Source: an uncultured Gemmatimonadales bacterium (GTDB lineage Bacteria > Gemmatimonadota > Gemmatimonadetes > Longimicrobiales > RSA9). From it: DNA of 64,000 bases. The stretch spans positions 5,184,001 through 5,248,000 of the forward strand of contig OY970192.1 of the NCBI GenBank assembly GCA_963708135.1, given 5' to 3'. The translations under genes were made by a program, and so were the position numbers. The notes below the pieces were generated by a model, which ran no database searches, was not told where the DNA came from, and saw only the letters and a program-made list of their open reading frames with translations. Shown piece by piece: positions 61,497 to 64,000 of the stretch (position 1 is its first letter; every line of letters begins with the position of its first letter).

Positions 61497-61740
61497 GAGA
61501 GTGGGAGAGTGGGAGAGTGGGAGACCGGGCGACGCGCGCGGCGGCCGAGCGCGCGCCGGCTGCGCCGGCATTGCAGCCACCGAACGCGCGCCGGGCCGGC
61601 GAGCTGCCCGCGGCAGTCGGGCCGGTGAGCCGCCGCACCCCGCGCGCCCGCCCCGCCCGGCACGGCACCCACTCTCCCACTCCGGGGTGGCAGTGCGGGG
61701 TAGGGAGTCCCCCACTCCGGGGTAGGGAGTCCCCCACTCT
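61497..61740. repeat. GGGAGAGT-headed repeat element with inverted tail, plus 22-bp tandem duplication
   Basis: (GAGAGTGG)x3 head; CCCACTCTCCCACTCC at about 61668-61683; GGGGTAGGGAGTCCCCCACTC twice. Confidence 0.78.
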
Positions 61741-61764
61741 GGAACGGCGGCGCGGGGTCGGCCC

Positions 61765-62424
61765 CTAATGCACTCCGACCCGCACGCCCATGCTCAGGAT
61801 CGGCCAGACCCTGGCGTACTTCGCGATCTTGTCCTCCGCCTTCACCCGCTCCGCCTCGAGGTCCTGCCGGAACTGCGCGTCCTGGCTGGCGGGGCCCGTG
61901 ACGTTCAGGGCCAGCGTGGGGGTGCCGATCGCCGCGGCGCCGAGGTCGACGAAGAAGCCCACGCCGTGCGTCGCCGCGCGGCCCCAGCCGATCGTGGCGT
62001 AAGGCGCCGTGGTCCTGTGATCCAGCGCTCCGGTCAGCGTCCCGACCTCGGAGCCCTGGTAGGTCTGGCCGTTCACGGTGACCGTTCCGGTGTAGATCGC
62101 GCGCAGGGCGATGTCGCGGGGCTTGAAGAGGAACCCGCCGCTCACGCGGAAGTCCCCGCCCAGCGGGAAGATGTCGAGGCTGACGTTGTAGACGGAGCCG
62201 GGCGGGCTCACACGGTACTCGACGTCGGTGACCAGGCCCGTGACGTGAACCGGCAGCGCGCCGATCCCGCCGCGGACGGCCAGGAACCTGTTCACGCCGA
62301 TCGAGGCCTCGCCGCCCAGGCCGAGGGTGCCGAACCGGGCAGCCAGGCCGAGCTGCTGCGCGGCTGCGGATACGGACGGAACGAGGACCACCAGTGCGGC
62401 GGCCGCAACCAGGAAGCGCTTCAT
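61765..62424 (-). CDS. Hypothetical outer-membrane beta-barrel protein
   Basis: Signal peptide, GTLGLGGE, PYATIGWG, alternating beta strands; AAGGTG RBS. Confidence 0.75.
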   Translation of the reverse strand: MKRFLVAAAALVVLVPSVSAAAQQLGLAARFGTLGLGGEASIGVNRFLAVRGGIGALPVHVTGLVTDVEYRVSPPGSVYNVSLDIFPLGGDFRVSGGFLFKPRDIALRAIYTGTVTVNGQTYQGSEVGTLTGALDHRTTAPYATIGWGRAATHGVGFFVDLGAAAIGTPTLALNVTGPASQDAQFRQDLEAERVKAEDKIAKYARVWPILSMGVRVGVH

Positions 62425-62552
62425 CGCTCACCTTCCAGGACTGTGGTTGTGGGGCCGTCGGGAGAGGGACGGTTCGGATGCGCGCCGCGCGACGCGCACC
62501 CCGGATGATAGTGGCGGCGGCCCGAATCGCCAAGGCCTTGGCGCGTCCCGAC

Positions 62553-62581
62553 TTGACGTCGCCGCTCCGGGTCCGGATACT
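62553..62581 (+). promoter_or_regulatory. Putative sigma-70 promoter for a leaderless transcript
   Basis: TTGACG-N17-GATACT ending 5 nt before ATG 62587. Confidence 0.5.
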
Positions 62582-62586
62582 GCTTC

Positions 62587-62812
62587 ATGGCCACGCAGCA
62601 GCCCGAAGCGCCGACGCACGGCATCGCGCCCGAAGCCTTCCGCTACCGCTACATCATCGCCGCCACCGTCACGATGGCCTCGATGCTCGAGCTGCTGGAC
62701 ACGAGCATCGTGAACGTGGCGCTCCCCGAGCGGCCTCGCCTTCCCCGCCGCCCTGCCGCTCCTCTTCATCATGAAGAGGACCCGCAACCAGGGCGCCGGG
62801 ACCGCCCATTGA
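62587..62812 (+). pseudogene. Internally deleted DHA2 (EmrB/QacA) MFS gene
   Basis: N-terminus ..ASMLELLDTSIVNVALP joined out of frame to a C-terminal-like SGLAFPAALPLLFIMKR..AH-stop. Confidence 0.78.
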
Positions 62813-62829
62813 CCAACCGGAGCCACTCG

Positions 62830-64000
62830 ATGCCCGACCGTCTACGCCGGCTGACCGCGCGCGCGAGCGCCGCCGCGCCCGCGCTCCTCCTCGCCCTCCT
62901 GCCCTTTCAGGCGACGGCGCAGCACGCGCCCGCCCGGCGCGTGGCCGGCTTCGACGTCTACGAGGCCTCCATCCCCGCTCTCGACTCCGCGCTGGCGGCC
63001 GGCCGGGTCACCTCCGTCCAGCTGGTGGACGCCTACCTCGCGCGCATCGCCGCCTACGATCAGGCGGGGCCCCGGCTCGACGCCATCCTGCGCCTGAACC
63101 CGCACGCCCGCGAGGACGCCGCCCGCCTCGACGCCGAGCGCCGCGCCGGCCACCTGCGCGGGCCGCTGCACGGGATCCCCATCATCCTCAAGGACAACTA
63201 CGGCACCAGCGACATGCCCACGACCGGCGGCTCCGTCGCCCTGGCCGGCGTGGTGCCGCCCGCCGATGCCACGCAGGTGGCGAGGCTGCGGGAAGCGGGC
63301 GCGATCATCCTGGCCAAGGCCAACATGCACGAGCTGGCCAGCGGCATCACCACGGTCAGCTCGCTCGGCGGCCAGACGCGGAACCCCTACGATCCCGCGC
63401 GCTACCCCGGCGGCTCGAGCGGCGGCAGTGCCGTGGCGGCGGCGGCCAGCTTCGGCGCCATCGCCTACGGCAGCGACACGTGCGGCTCCATCCGCATCCC
63501 CGCCGCCTACAACGACCTGTTCGGGCTGCGGCCCACGAAGGGACTGTCCAGCATCGCCGGGATCATCCCGCTCTCGCACACGCAGGACGTGGCGGGGCCG
63601 CTCGCGCGCACCGTCACCGACCTCGCCATCGGGCTCGACGCGACCGTCGGGCCGGATTCAGCCGATCCGGCCACGCGCATCCTGGATGGCCGCGAGACGC
63701 CCCGCTTCCGCGCCGCGCTCGATGCCGGCGCGCTCTCCGGCGCCCGCCTCGGCGTGCTGAGGGAGTACTTCGGCAACGCCGCCGCCAATGCCGTGGCGGA
63801 CAGCGTGGTGCGCGCCGCGATCGGGCGCATGAAGGAGAGCGGCGCGGACGTCGAGGAGGTCGCCATCCCGGGGCTCGACAGCCTCGTCCACCGCGCCTAC
63901 GTGATCGACCTCGAGTTCCGCTTCGATCTCCAGGACTACCTGGCCCGCATCCCGCGCGCGCCCGTCCACTCGCTCGACGAGATCCTGAGCCGGGGGCTCT
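62830..64000 (+). CDS. Exported amidase-signature enzyme (3' truncated by window edge)
   Basis: Signal peptide, GPLHGIPIILKDN, PGGSSGGS, GSDTCGSIRIPA. Confidence 0.92.
   Translation, partial: MPDRLRRLTARASAAAPALLLALLPFQATAQHAPARRVAGFDVYEASIPALDSALAAGRVTSVQLVDAYLARIAAYDQAGPRLDAILRLNPHAREDAARLDAERRAGHLRGPLHGIPIILKDNYGTSDMPTTGGSVALAGVVPPADATQVARLREAGAIILAKANMHELASGITTVSSLGGQTRNPYDPARYPGGSSGGSAVAAAASFGAIAYGSDTCGSIRIPAAYNDLFGLRPTKGLSSIAGIIPLSHTQDVAGPLARTVTDLAIGLDATVGPDSADPATRILDGRETPRFRAALDAGALSGARLGVLREYFGNAAANAVADSVVRAAIGRMKESGADVEEVAIPGLDSLVHRAYVIDLEFRFDLQDYLARIPRAPVHSLDEILSRGL

Overview
A very GC-rich bacterial chromosome segment. ADOP-type permeases, a SusC/SusD pair, a DUF5916 protein and a Tat amidase suggest Gemmatimonadota (inference only). 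Contents in order: a TolC/MacA/MacB-type export cluster with three ADOP permeases and a GAFTDA-type sigma-54 two-component system; an ABC-2 transporter; a SusC/SusD pair; a Cyc2-like cytochrome-porin with a monoheme cytochrome c; an MFS transporter; a Leu/Phe/Val dehydrogenase; one complete IS110 element; amidases; an S41 protease; a Rieske oxygenase; an ECF sigma factor with a zinc-anti-sigma/alkyltransferase/Ada-Zn fusion; two secreted alpha/beta-hydrolase paralogues lacking catalytic residues; an Mrp-like operon lacking MrpA; clpP; and an aldehyde dehydrogenase. The standout is the IS110 element (32238-33776). Its bridge-RNA guides can be read directly from the sequence, and it inserted exactly into the ATG of an amidase gene. 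The host ATG now opens a stop-free 512-codon antisense ORF across the whole element, whose stop overlaps a new GTG start for the amidase. No rRNA, tRNA or CRISPR array was recognised. All calls come from reading motifs by eye; no database searches were run.
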